Assembly: GCA_034179945.1 (NCBI GenBank)
Contig: JAXFPD010000017.1
Coordinates: 66,238 to 130,237 of the forward strand
Length of the DNA stretch: 64,000 nucleotides
Direction: 5' to 3'
Origin: Corynebacterium sp.
GTDB taxonomy: Bacteria; Actinomycetota; Actinomycetes; Mycobacteriales; Mycobacteriaceae
The notes beneath the pieces are model-generated. The model worked only from the letters and a program-made list of their open reading frames with translations. It was not told the origin of the DNA and ran no database searches. Every line of letters begins with the position of its first letter. Within the stretch, counting starts at the first letter, position 1. This document shows positions 37,579 to 46,979 of this stretch, piece by piece. The position numbers were made by a program, and so were the translations under genes.

Positions 37579-38996
37579 TGTCTGCGATCATTGACCGCAT
37601 TGTCGGCGTGGAAACCGAATACGGTATCGCCGCCCTCACCCCGACGGGGGCCAGTGCCGTCGAACCGGAGGTTGTCGCACGGGTGGCGTTTCGCCCCGTC
37701 GCCGCCCGCTACGGATCGACGAACGTCTTCCTGCCCAATGCGGGGCGGCTCTACCTCGATGTTGGGGCACACCCCGAGTTCGCCACCCCCGAATGCCGCA
37801 CCGTCAGTGAGCTCATCGCGGTCGAGGCTGCTGGGGACCGCATCGTCGATAAGCTGGGGCGGCGCGCCGAGGAGCACCTGCGCGCGCAACCGTCGGCGGC
37901 GGGGGATGAGCGGGTGAGCCTGTTCAAAAACAACGTGGACTTCGGCGGCAACTCGTACGGCTGTCACGAGAACTACCTTGTCACCCGGGACGTACCGGTG
38001 AAACGGCTCGGGCACGGCCTCCTTCCCTTCCTCATCAGCCGCCAGCTTCTCTGCGGGGCCGGTCGGATCGCCGTCGGCCCCGGTACCGGCGAGCAGGGTG
38101 GAGAATTCCGCATCTCCCAGCGCGCCGACTTTGTGTGGGAGTCGGTCTCCTCGGCGACGACGCGGTCCCGCCCGATCATCAACACCCGCGATGAGCCACA
38201 TGCGGATTCGCACCGGTTCCGCCGCCTCCACGTCATCGTCGGCGACTCCAACATGTCGCAGGTCTCCGCCGCCCTCAAAGTGGGCAGCACGCTGCTCGTG
38301 TTGGAGATGCTCGAGGCCGGGTGGGAGCTGCCCGCCTTTGGGGTGAACGTGGCGACGGAATCGATTCGTCAGATTGCCCGCCACCGCGACGGATCCGCGC
38401 TGATTCAGCTCGACGAGGGGCGCACGATGAGCGCCCTCGATGTGCAGAAGCGCTGCCTGGAACAGGCGCACCGGTGGCTGGAGATACGCCCGGCCACCGA
38501 CGAGTCGAATGCGGAGATGGCTCGGGTGGTTGCGGTGTGGCAGCGGGTGGTCGACGCCGTCAGTGCCGGAAACCTCAAGGCCATCGCCTCCGAGGTGGAT
38601 TGGGTGGCCAAGTACCTGCTGCTGGAGGCCTACCGGCAACGCCTCGGCGTGGATTGGGCGGACCCGAAGCTGCGCCAAATCGATGTCACCTACCACGATA
38701 TTCGCGCCGACCGGGGCATTGCCCGCCTCCTTGAGGCGAAGGGGCGCCTCGCCCGGTGGGTGGATGAGGAGGCGATTGCCCGGGCTGAGCACACCGCCCC
38801 AACCTCGACGCGGGCGCACTTGCGGGGGCGGTTCCTCGCCGCAGCGGAAGCCGCCGGTGCTGACCACGTCTCCTGTGATTGGATGCGCCTGAAGATTGGG
38901 GGCGACAATCCGGAGGTGGTGGAGCTGGCTGACCCGTTTGTCACCGTTGACCCGGGAGTCGATGCGCTCATTGGACGGTTGCAGCAGTTAGGATAG
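37578..38996 (+). CDS. pafA: Pup--protein ligase
   Basis: The N-terminus is PafA-type (IVGVETEYGIA), and the gene lies directly after pup. Confidence 0.9.
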   Translation: MSAIIDRIVGVETEYGIAALTPTGASAVEPEVVARVAFRPVAARYGSTNVFLPNAGRLYLDVGAHPEFATPECRTVSELIAVEAAGDRIVDKLGRRAEEHLRAQPSAAGDERVSLFKNNVDFGGNSYGCHENYLVTRDVPVKRLGHGLLPFLISRQLLCGAGRIAVGPGTGEQGGEFRISQRADFVWESVSSATTRSRPIINTRDEPHADSHRFRRLHVIVGDSNMSQVSAALKVGSTLLVLEMLEAGWELPAFGVNVATESIRQIARHRDGSALIQLDEGRTMSALDVQKRCLEQAHRWLEIRPATDESNAEMARVVAVWQRVVDAVSAGNLKAIASEVDWVAKYLLLEAYRQRLGVDWADPKLRQIDVTYHDIRADRGIARLLEAKGRLARWVDEEAIARAEHTAPTSTRAHLRGRFLAAAEAAGADHVSCDWMRLKIGGDNPEVVELADPFVTVDPGVDALIGRLQQLG

Positions 38997-39000
38997 GGCC

Positions 39001-40005
39001 GTGAATGCGCTGCGAAAGGGAGATGATTTCCGGTTCTACCGGATGATCAGCCTGTACACCATCCTCCTGCACGCGCTACAGACCCCACGGCCGTGGCTGA
39101 CCACGACACAGCTGAAGCAGAAACTCGCCTCCGTCGAACCGTCCTTTGTGGCCGGGGAGGGGGCGACGTTCACCAACCGCCTCAACCGGGATATGGCTGC
39201 ACTGAGCAGCGCCGGGATCCCGATCATCCGGCGCGACAACGGCCCGGGGGCGCCCCCGGAGTTTCGGCTGCGCGAGGACGAATACCTCGAGCCGGTGGAG
39301 TTCACAGCGGGGGAGTGGGAGGTGCTCCAGGTGGTGAGCCAACTCGCCATCGGTCGGCGCCTTGGCGAGCCGGCGAGCCTGTCCGTCCTCAAATTGGCGG
39401 GTTTCGCCGCCGATCACGATCGCTCCGATGACCTGGAAGTCCGCTCATTCAATGAGACACTCACCATCGACCCAGCCCTCATCACCACGCTGACAAAGGC
39501 GATTCGGGCCCAACAGCAGGTAATTCTCACCTATCAGCGCGACCCCTCTCACTCACCCCAGCAGCGCCGGGTGGAGCCGTGGGGCATCTTCGCCATCGAA
39601 GCCCGCCCGTACCTCGTCGTCTTTGACACCGACAAGCAGGACACACGAACGTTCCGGCTGACCCGCATCACCGATGTCACCCGCACCGGGGAACCGGCGG
39701 TAACGCCGCGGCCGGCGGATGTGGAATCGGCGGTGTGGGAAAAACTGCGCGTCGATCGCGACCTCATCACCGCCCGGGTGCGGATTGCCGCCGGCGAGGC
39801 CGTGGAGATCGCCCGCCTCGGCGAACCCGTCGGCCCCACGGACTATGTGCTGCGTGACGCCCCGCGCGAGTGGGTGATCGAACAGGCACTGCACTATGCG
39901 GAGTCGGTCGTGGTGGTGGAACCGGTCGATGTGCGCGAGAGCATCGTCGCCACGCTGAGAGCACTCGCCGGTGGGGAAGGAGATGACCGTGGCACGCCCA
40001 ATTGA
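39001..40005 (+). CDS. pafB: HTH/WYL-domain transcriptional regulator PafB
   Basis: This is the first of two paralogous WYL-type genes after pafA. Its length is typical of PafB. Confidence 0.75.
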   Translation: MNALRKGDDFRFYRMISLYTILLHALQTPRPWLTTTQLKQKLASVEPSFVAGEGATFTNRLNRDMAALSSAGIPIIRRDNGPGAPPEFRLREDEYLEPVEFTAGEWEVLQVVSQLAIGRRLGEPASLSVLKLAGFAADHDRSDDLEVRSFNETLTIDPALITTLTKAIRAQQQVILTYQRDPSHSPQQRRVEPWGIFAIEARPYLVVFDTDKQDTRTFRLTRITDVTRTGEPAVTPRPADVESAVWEKLRVDRDLITARVRIAAGEAVEIARLGEPVGPTDYVLRDAPREWVIEQALHYAESVVVVEPVDVRESIVATLRALAGGEGDDRGTPN

Positions 40006-41059
40006 GCGACCGGAGTTCCGGGCCAAACTCGGCCGCATGATCAGCTACGCCGCCTATGTGCGCAATGCGCACGAGCGCGGCCACACCACCGTCAGTGCCG
40101 CCGACATCGCAGCCGACTTCTCCATCTCACCACAGCAGGTGGAGGCCGAGCTGAACAGCCTCGCCACCTGCGGCTCCTCCCGCAGCCCGCTTGACTTTGT
40201 GGAGATCAACTACGACTTCTCCGACATCCAATTCACCGATGCCCAGGGCCTTGACCGGTCTGTCCCGCTCACCCACAGTGAGGCGGAGGCGCTGCTTCTG
40301 CTCATGGAGATCCTCGAGGACACCCCCGGTGTGGTCCCCCTCGCGGACATCCGTTCCGCCCAGCGCAAACTGCTCGCCCTCACCGGGCGGGACACCTCCG
40401 TGCGCACCGGCGCAGACGCACCCGGGAACACGGGGGCCCACACACGCGAGATCCTCAACGAGGCCTTCAAGAAATCCCGGAAGGTGAGCTTCCAGTACTT
40501 CTCCCGCAACACCAACCGGCAGAGTTTGCGCCGGGTATCACCCGTGTCTACCTTTGAATATGACGGGGAGTTCTACTTCTACGGGTTCGACCACTCCGTG
40601 CGCACCCCGCCGAGTCAGCCGCGCCTGTCAGACCTCGAACGCGGCGTGCAGGCGGTGGCCAACCCGGGAGCGCCCCGCACCTTCCACGTTGCCGGGATGA
40701 GCGAGGTCAAGTTGTTGGACTTGCGCGCCAACGTGCCCGCCTGGTTGGAGAAGCCGAGTGCGGTCGACCCGTTCTCCAAGAACTCCGCCACCTTGCACGC
40801 CACAGTACTTATCGCTCCGGATGCTGCCTGGCTGTTCACGGAGCTGGGGATTGCCCCGACCGGGGCTGCACCCGGCCCGGATGGGCGGGAGTGGATGGAG
40901 GGGGCCCTGCCGGTGCTCAGCGAGGAGTGGCTGATTCGGTTTACCATGGAGCAGAGCGGTAGACTTGTCGTCACATCCCCGCCACAGGTGGCGGAGGCCG
41001 TTGCTGCCCGGGCACGCAGTGCACTGGCGGCCTACGGTGACGTAGAAGATGACCAGTAG
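39983..41059 (+). CDS. pafC: HTH/WYL-domain transcriptional regulator PafC
   Basis: This is the second paralogue and overlaps the end of pafB. Its position upstream of tatA is conserved. Confidence 0.75.
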   Translation: MTVARPIERPEFRAKLGRMISYAAYVRNAHERGHTTVSAADIAADFSISPQQVEAELNSLATCGSSRSPLDFVEINYDFSDIQFTDAQGLDRSVPLTHSEAEALLLLMEILEDTPGVVPLADIRSAQRKLLALTGRDTSVRTGADAPGNTGAHTREILNEAFKKSRKVSFQYFSRNTNRQSLRRVSPVSTFEYDGEFYFYGFDHSVRTPPSQPRLSDLERGVQAVANPGAPRTFHVAGMSEVKLLDLRANVPAWLEKPSAVDPFSKNSATLHATVLIAPDAAWLFTELGIAPTGAAPGPDGREWMEGALPVLSEEWLIRFTMEQSGRLVVTSPPQVAEAVAARARSALAAYGDVEDDQ

Positions 41060-41089
41060 TGCACGATTATTTGTAAAGGAGTTGCGGCC

Positions 41090-41326
41090 ATGCCAAACAT
41101 TGGACTCCCCGAGATCATCATCATCCTGGTGATCGTCCTCCTCCTCTTCGGCTCCAAGAAACTTCCCGATCTCGCCCGCTCGCTCGGGCGGTCCATGCGG
41201 ATCATGAAGTCTGAGGTGCGGGAGATGAACAACGAGGAGCTAGAGGCCAGCGAGCAGCCGGCGATCAATCCGAATCCGGCCCCCGGATACCAGCAGCCGG
41301 CGAACAACCAGAATCCCCACCAGTGA
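41090..41326 (+). CDS. tatA: twin-arginine translocase subunit TatA
   Basis: The N-terminus MPNIGLPEIIIILVIVLLLFGSKKLPDLARSLGRS is a classical TatA sequence. Confidence 0.9.
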   Translation: MPNIGLPEIIIILVIVLLLFGSKKLPDLARSLGRSMRIMKSEVREMNNEELEASEQPAINPNPAPGYQQPANNQNPHQ

Positions 41327-42366
41327 CATCTGAGCGGAGGAAATTGCACTCCCGCAGGCTCAACCCTGAGGGAACGATGTCCCTGACCGAGCACATCCTC
41401 GAGCTTCGGCAGCGGCTATTCGTGTGTCTGGTGGCGATCGGCATTGGCACCATTGTGGGTTTTGTGTGGTACCAAAACTCGGTACCCCATGTGGAAACCC
41501 TCGGCAATATCCTCCGTGGACCCTACTGCTCCCTGCCGGCCACCGCCCGGGCGGACCTCTCCGTGGATGGGGAGTGCCGCCTCTTGGCCACGAGCCCCTT
41601 TGAGATGTTCCTCCTCCGACTGAAAGTCGGGGCGTTGGCCGGACTCGTCTTTGCCTCACCGGTGTGGCTCACCCAGGTGTGGGGCTTCATCACCCCGGGG
41701 CTCAAACGCACGGAGAAACGGTGGACGTTCACCTTCGTCTCCATCGCCGTGCTCCTGTTCATTGCCGGGGCGGTGCTCGCCTACTTCGTGGTGGATTACG
41801 GTCTCTACTTCCTCCTCACGATCGGCGATGAAACCCAGGTGGCAGCCCTTACCGGTGAGCGCTACTACAACTTCCTCTTGGCCCTCCTGCTCATCTTTGG
41901 TGTCAGTTTTGAGGTGCCGTTGGCCATTTCCATGCTCAATGTGGCTGGTCTTATCAGCTACGAGGACATGCGCGATAAGCGCCGCATCATCGTGGTCACT
42001 GTCTTCGCCTTCGCCGCCTTTGTCACCCCCGGTCAAGACCCCGTCTCCATGGTGATTTTGGCGATTGCGCTGGCGCTCATGGTGGAGGTCTCCCTGCAGT
42101 TCTGCCGGATCAACGATCGCCGTCGCGGGAAGGCCCGCCCGGACTGGTTGAGCGACGATGACGAATCCGCCTCCGCCATCGCCGCACCCACCCCGGTGGG
42201 CACACCGGGATCTACCGCGCCTCGGCGGGCGCGTCGGCCTATACCCGCCCCGCCACACACGACTGCGGCCCCAACGATACCGCAGCCGCCGACGATTGGC
42301 CGCGCTGATAGTGCGCTGGGCAGTTTGGCGGAGCGGTCAGCTGCGGACTTTGACGATGTCCTCTAG
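41323..42366 (+). CDS. tatC: twin-arginine translocase subunit TatC with a Pro/Ala-rich C-terminal extension
   Basis: The N-terminus is RRLNPEGTMSLTEHILELRQRL, and six TM helices follow. The start overlaps the tatA stop as GTGA. Confidence 0.9.
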   Translation: MTSERRKLHSRRLNPEGTMSLTEHILELRQRLFVCLVAIGIGTIVGFVWYQNSVPHVETLGNILRGPYCSLPATARADLSVDGECRLLATSPFEMFLLRLKVGALAGLVFASPVWLTQVWGFITPGLKRTEKRWTFTFVSIAVLLFIAGAVLAYFVVDYGLYFLLTIGDETQVAALTGERYYNFLLALLLIFGVSFEVPLAISMLNVAGLISYEDMRDKRRIIVVTVFAFAAFVTPGQDPVSMVILAIALALMVEVSLQFCRINDRRRGKARPDWLSDDDESASAIAAPTPVGTPGSTAPRRARRPIPAPPHTTAAPTIPQPPTIGRADSALGSLAERSAADFDDVL

Positions 42367-45011
42367 TGTGGGGAAGTGTGAACACCTTTCTCACGCAGTT
42401 TGCCGCCGATCTCCCGTTTTCCCTCGATGATTTTCAGCGCGACGGCTGCGCCGCCGTAGAGGCGGGCACCGGTGGTCTCGTCTGTGCCCCTACCGGGGCG
42501 GGCAAGACCGTGGTTGGCGAGTTTGCCGTCGCCCTCGCCCTCCACCAGGGGTTGAAGTGTTTCTACACCACACCGATCAAGGCACTGTCGAACCAGAAGT
42601 TCCACGACCTCACCGAAACCTACGGTGAGGAGGCCGTCGGTCTGCTCACCGGGGATGATTCCATCAACGGGGCGGCCGATATTGTGGTGATGACCACAGA
42701 GGTCCTCCGCAACATGATCTATGCGGAGTCAACGGCGCTCGATCGCCTCGGCTATGTGGTGATGGATGAGATTCACTACCTGGCCGATCGGTCCCGGGGT
42801 GCGGTGTGGGAGGAGGTGCTGCTCAACCTGCGCGATTCGGTCAGTGTTATCGGCCTGTCGGCGACGGTGTCCAATGCGGAGGAGTTCGGGGAGTGGATGC
42901 GCAGTGTGCGGGGAGATACGCAGGTCATTGTCTCCGAAGTCAGACCCGTACCCTTGACCCAGTTCATGATTGCAAACCGGCAGCTGTATCCGATGCTGCG
43001 CGGCACCCACACGGGAGACGACGTTCGGCCAGCCCGGCCGAAACCAAACCCACAATTGGTCAAGGCAACGAAGCGTGTGACGCGGGCGAAACCACTCGGT
43101 CGCCCCCAACTCATTGAGCTCCTGCGCAGCCACGGGATGCTCCCGGCGATTGACTTCATCTTCTCCCGTGCCGGCTGCGATGGGGCAGTCGCCCAGTGCC
43201 AACGTGCTCACGTGGTGCTCACCAACCCAGAGGAGCAGGCGGAGATCGCCGCCATTGTGGATGCCGGTGTTGCCGACATCCCCCGAGAAGATCTCGATGT
43301 CCTCCAGTTTTCGCGGTGGCGCAGCGCCCTTATTCACGGTTTTGCCGCTCACCACGCCGGCCTGTTGCCCGCGTTCAAGCACATCGTTGAGCAGTGTTTT
43401 GTACGCGGGCTCATCAAGATGGTCTTTGCCACGGAGACTCTCGCCCTGGGGATCAATATGCCCGCGAAGACTGTGGTGTTGGAGAAGCTCGTCAAATACA
43501 ACGGCGAAGCCCATGTCGATCTCACCCCCGGCGAGTACACGCAGCTCACCGGGCGGGCGGGACGCCGGGGCATTGACACCAAGGGCAATGCGGTGGTTGA
43601 GTGGGAGCCCGAACTTGACGTGTATGCCGTGGTGGAGTTGGCCTCCACGCGAACCTATCCGCTCATGTCCACCTTCGCCCCCGGCTACAACATGAGTGTG
43701 AATTTGCTTGCGACAGTCGGTTACACACAGGCGAAGCGGCTCATTGAAATGTCTTTTGCCCAGTTCCAAGCAGACCGGGGTGTGGTGGAGTTGCGTCGTC
43801 AGTTGGATGGGTTGGCCCGCGATGTGGACGTCGCCCGCACGGCACTTGACGAGGAGATCGCCGCGAGTGAGGTCACCGAGGACGAGGTGCGCGACTACCT
43901 CGGCCTCATCGGTGAGCTGTCTGCCCTCGAGCGGAAGGCCACCCGCGATGGTGCGAAGGCTGTGAACGCAGAGATCACCGCTGTGCTCAAGCGGCTCACG
44001 GTGGGGGAGGTTATTGCCCTGCCAGGCAAGAAGCGCCCTGTGCGCGCGGTTGTGGTGGAGCCCGCCAAGCGGGCGGGCAATCCCCGGCGCAAGATCGTTA
44101 CCGAAACTGGCTGGATCGGCTGGGTCGGCCCCGATGACCTTGCGGCAGCCCCGGTGCCGATCGGGCGGATGCGCCTGGACAAGTCCATGAGTCCAAAGCG
44201 GGCGGTGGCCCGGGGATTCCACAATCAACGGTTCCCTGCCCCGAAGAAGGTCACCACCCGAGCCCCAAAGCTCTACCGGAAGGAGATTGACAGCCTTCGC
44301 GCCAGTGTGCGCGCCCATGCGGTCCACCAGTGCGGTCAGCGCGAGGAGTTGCTCGGTTTCGCCCGTGTGGTGGAGAAGGCTGAGGCCAATTATGAGCGCA
44401 TCCGCAGCCGTATCGATGCAGCCACGAACTCCCTTGGCCTCGCCTTTGAGCACATCATTGAGGTCCTGGGTGAACTCGGCTACGTGGACAATCACACGGT
44501 GACCGACCTGGGGGCGCAGTTGGCGCTCATCCACAATGAGGCCGATCTGCTCATCGCCGAGTGTGTGAAGGACCGTGTCTGGGAGGGCCTCGATCCGGCT
44601 GAACTGGCCGGAACGGTGTCCACGGTGGTTTTTGAAAGCCGTGGTGAGGGCCGGGCAACCCCGCAGTTTGGCAGCGCTGCCATGGGTGCGGCGATTGAGG
44701 CGACCCACGATACTCACCGCCGCCTGCAGAAGCTCGTGCTCAGCCACAACTTGCCTCCGCTGCCGGAGATGGATGCGGCGTTTGCCCAGGCGATGCACCA
44801 GTGGACTGCGGGTGCTCCGCTTGCCTACGCTTTGGCCGCTGCTGCCGCCTCCGGTGCGGAGATCACCGCCGGTGACTTTGTGCGCTGGGCCCGGCGCGTG
44901 GTGGACACCCTTGAGCAGATTGCGAAGGCCTCGGCACATCCCGACCTCACCCACACTGCACGGCAGGCGATCGGCGCCATCCGTCGTGGCGTGGTCGCCC
45001 TGGGCAACTGA
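42366..45011 (+). CDS. helY: Ski2-like DEAD/DEAH-box helicase HelY
   Basis: The motifs APTGAGKT, VVMDEIHYL, SAT and the QLTGRAGRRG motif VI are present, along with a C-terminal DSHCT-like region. Confidence 0.85.
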   Translation: MWGSVNTFLTQFAADLPFSLDDFQRDGCAAVEAGTGGLVCAPTGAGKTVVGEFAVALALHQGLKCFYTTPIKALSNQKFHDLTETYGEEAVGLLTGDDSINGAADIVVMTTEVLRNMIYAESTALDRLGYVVMDEIHYLADRSRGAVWEEVLLNLRDSVSVIGLSATVSNAEEFGEWMRSVRGDTQVIVSEVRPVPLTQFMIANRQLYPMLRGTHTGDDVRPARPKPNPQLVKATKRVTRAKPLGRPQLIELLRSHGMLPAIDFIFSRAGCDGAVAQCQRAHVVLTNPEEQAEIAAIVDAGVADIPREDLDVLQFSRWRSALIHGFAAHHAGLLPAFKHIVEQCFVRGLIKMVFATETLALGINMPAKTVVLEKLVKYNGEAHVDLTPGEYTQLTGRAGRRGIDTKGNAVVEWEPELDVYAVVELASTRTYPLMSTFAPGYNMSVNLLATVGYTQAKRLIEMSFAQFQADRGVVELRRQLDGLARDVDVARTALDEEIAASEVTEDEVRDYLGLIGELSALERKATRDGAKAVNAEITAVLKRLTVGEVIALPGKKRPVRAVVVEPAKRAGNPRRKIVTETGWIGWVGPDDLAAAPVPIGRMRLDKSMSPKRAVARGFHNQRFPAPKKVTTRAPKLYRKEIDSLRASVRAHAVHQCGQREELLGFARVVEKAEANYERIRSRIDAATNSLGLAFEHIIEVLGELGYVDNHTVTDLGAQLALIHNEADLLIAECVKDRVWEGLDPAELAGTVSTVVFESRGEGRATPQFGSAAMGAAIEATHDTHRRLQKLVLSHNLPPLPEMDAAFAQAMHQWTAGAPLAYALAAAAASGAEITAGDFVRWARRVVDTLEQIAKASAHPDLTHTARQAIGAIRRGVVALGN

Positions 45012-45240
45012 GCGGCGTCCTCCGGCCGGGTTTGCGGATTTTTCATCATAGTGCGGAACAACGCACCCACCCACCGCCTGGTGGCAGTGGCAAAAGTGGT
45101 CCCCATCACGCAGACATGATAGAACCCAGGTTTTAGGGGTGGGGCAGTCGGAACATTCTCACGGATCTTGGTGCCACGACGGGGAGAAGAGATGGGGGAT
45201 TGGAGGTTGAGCGACGGGGTGACGGGGGAGAGGAACTAGG

Positions 45241-46404
45241 ATGAGCTGTATGTCAACTTCCTTTCCCCCCGCCACCTATATCTGGCGACTCGATGCCCTT
45301 GCCGCAGCGGTTCGTGCCGCCGATCTGTCGGGAGCGATTATCACGCCGGGTACGGATCTGGCCTATCTCACCGGCATCACCGGTGCCTCCCATGAGCGCT
45401 TCACGGGTCTGGTGTGTACGCCGAGTGGGGAAGGCACGCAGCGCGCAGTGCTGATCTGCCCGAAGACGGACCTCGGAGCACTCACGGCTGACCATGACCT
45501 CGCTGCCCTCGGGATTACTGCGGTGGGTTGGAGTGACGGGGAGGACCCGTACGCATGTGCAGCGCAGCTGCTGGCAGGCGCGGCTGCTCCGGCGCCAGTG
45601 GCGATTAGCTCAACGATGACGGTGGACCACTTCTTTGCGCTGAAGTCCGCTCTGCCAGAAGCGGAGTGGGTGGACGCAACGACTGCGCTGGCAAGCCTGT
45701 TCATGCGCAAGCAACCCGATGAGGTGGAGTGGTTAACCCGGGCTGGGGCCGCGATCGACCGCGTCTTTGAACAGGTGCCGGGGCTTCTCACAGCCGGTCG
45801 CACGGAGCGAGAGGTCGCCGCTGATATTGAGCGGCTTATCCTCGTGGACCACGACAGTGTGGACTTCATCATTGTCGGTTCCGGGGAGAACGGGGCCAAT
45901 CCCCATCACTCATTCTCGGATCGGGTGCTGCAGGCGGGAGAACCGGTTGTTGTGGATCTCGGCGGCAGTATGGGGCCGGGATATCATTCAGACTGCACAC
46001 GCACCTTCGTAGTGCCCGGCGCGGATCCCGAGCCGCGCTTCGTTGACATCTACGAGGTGGTCCGCCAAGCACAGGAAGCAGCGGTGGAGGCTGTCCGGCC
46101 GGGGAGAACCGCCGGTGAGATTGACGCGATTGCCCGTGACATCATCACTGCGTCCGAATATGGCGAGTACTTCTTCCATCGCCTTGGCCACGGCATCGGT
46201 TTGGCTGAGCATGAACCCCCGTTCATCATTGCTGGGAGTGACCAGGTATTGGAGGAGTCCATGACGTTCTCGATCGAACCCGGTATTTACATTCCGGGGT
46301 GGGCAGGGGTGCGCATTGAGGATATCGTCACTGTCACCGCTGATGGGGCTCGCCGCCTCAACACCACATCTCGCGCGCTCGGCGGAATCGTACACCCTGT
46401 GTAG
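45241..46404 (+). CDS. pepE: M24 family Xaa-Pro dipeptidase/aminopeptidase
   Basis: Pita-bread-fold metal-ligand blocks are present: VVVDLGG, HRLGHGIGLAEHE and SIEPGIY. The position after helY matches mycobacterial pepE. Confidence 0.85.
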   Translation: MSCMSTSFPPATYIWRLDALAAAVRAADLSGAIITPGTDLAYLTGITGASHERFTGLVCTPSGEGTQRAVLICPKTDLGALTADHDLAALGITAVGWSDGEDPYACAAQLLAGAAAPAPVAISSTMTVDHFFALKSALPEAEWVDATTALASLFMRKQPDEVEWLTRAGAAIDRVFEQVPGLLTAGRTEREVAADIERLILVDHDSVDFIIVGSGENGANPHHSFSDRVLQAGEPVVVDLGGSMGPGYHSDCTRTFVVPGADPEPRFVDIYEVVRQAQEAAVEAVRPGRTAGEIDAIARDIITASEYGEYFFHRLGHGIGLAEHEPPFIIAGSDQVLEESMTFSIEPGIYIPGWAGVRIEDIVTVTADGARRLNTTSRALGGIVHPV

Positions 46405-46454
46405 TGGCGTGGAGCGGCACTGGTGGGTGAGGCGGAAAGCGAAGCCGGCGTGAA

Positions 46455-46850
46455 CTACACGCCGAAGAGCTGGAAGATGATTCCACGCACCGGGCCGATG
46501 AAGAGCACGGCGATGAGGGTGATCGCACCGTTGAGAGCGAGGGCGATGAGCATGCGTTGCACCCATTCGTGCTGTCCGTCAAACCACTCCTGGGTTTTCT
46601 CGTCGCCGATTTTGTCCCCAGAGAAGTTCTTGATCTCGGAGGACTCGTTGGCGGACTCTTCCGTGTAGCCGGAGGCGTTGTCGATGTCGGTGGAGGTCTG
46701 TTCGACCTGGGGGTCCTTGGAGCTGTCGTTGGTTTGCTCCGTATCCTGGGGGTTACTAGTCGGCGGTTCTTGGGCGCTGGCCGGGAGTGTGCTGAGGGTT
46801 AGCAGTGCGGCGAGAGTCAGACTGGATGCGGCGCGAACGATGTGCTTCAT
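46455..46850 (-). CDS. small secreted or tail-anchored acidic protein, function unknown
   Basis: The signal peptide is MKHIVRAASSLTLAALLTLSTLPASA. It is followed by a D/E/S/T-rich low-complexity region and a C-terminal hydrophobic helix (MLIALALNGAITLIAVLFIG). Confidence 0.5.
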   Translation of the reverse strand: MKHIVRAASSLTLAALLTLSTLPASAQEPPTSNPQDTEQTNDSSKDPQVEQTSTDIDNASGYTEESANESSEIKNFSGDKIGDEKTQEWFDGQHEWVQRMLIALALNGAITLIAVLFIGPVRGIIFQLFGV

Positions 46851-46979
46851 GCCCACACACCCTAGTGCATGGCAGTAGCCTCAATCAACCACCTGTGTAC
46901 GCCGAATTCCCGTCTAGCGGACCGAATGGACCCAGCCGTAGTGTCGGCTACGCCCGCCTGGAGGCTAGAGTGGTGGGCG

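Noticed and set aside
45120-45240. A G-rich tract upstream of pepE (ggggagaagagatgggggattggaggttgagcgacggggtgacggggg) might form a G-quadruplex or riboswitch.
   Set aside because: The G-runs are separated by loops of irregular and partly long length. I recognise no riboswitch consensus. Purine richness near an SD sequence in a high-GC genome is unremarkable.
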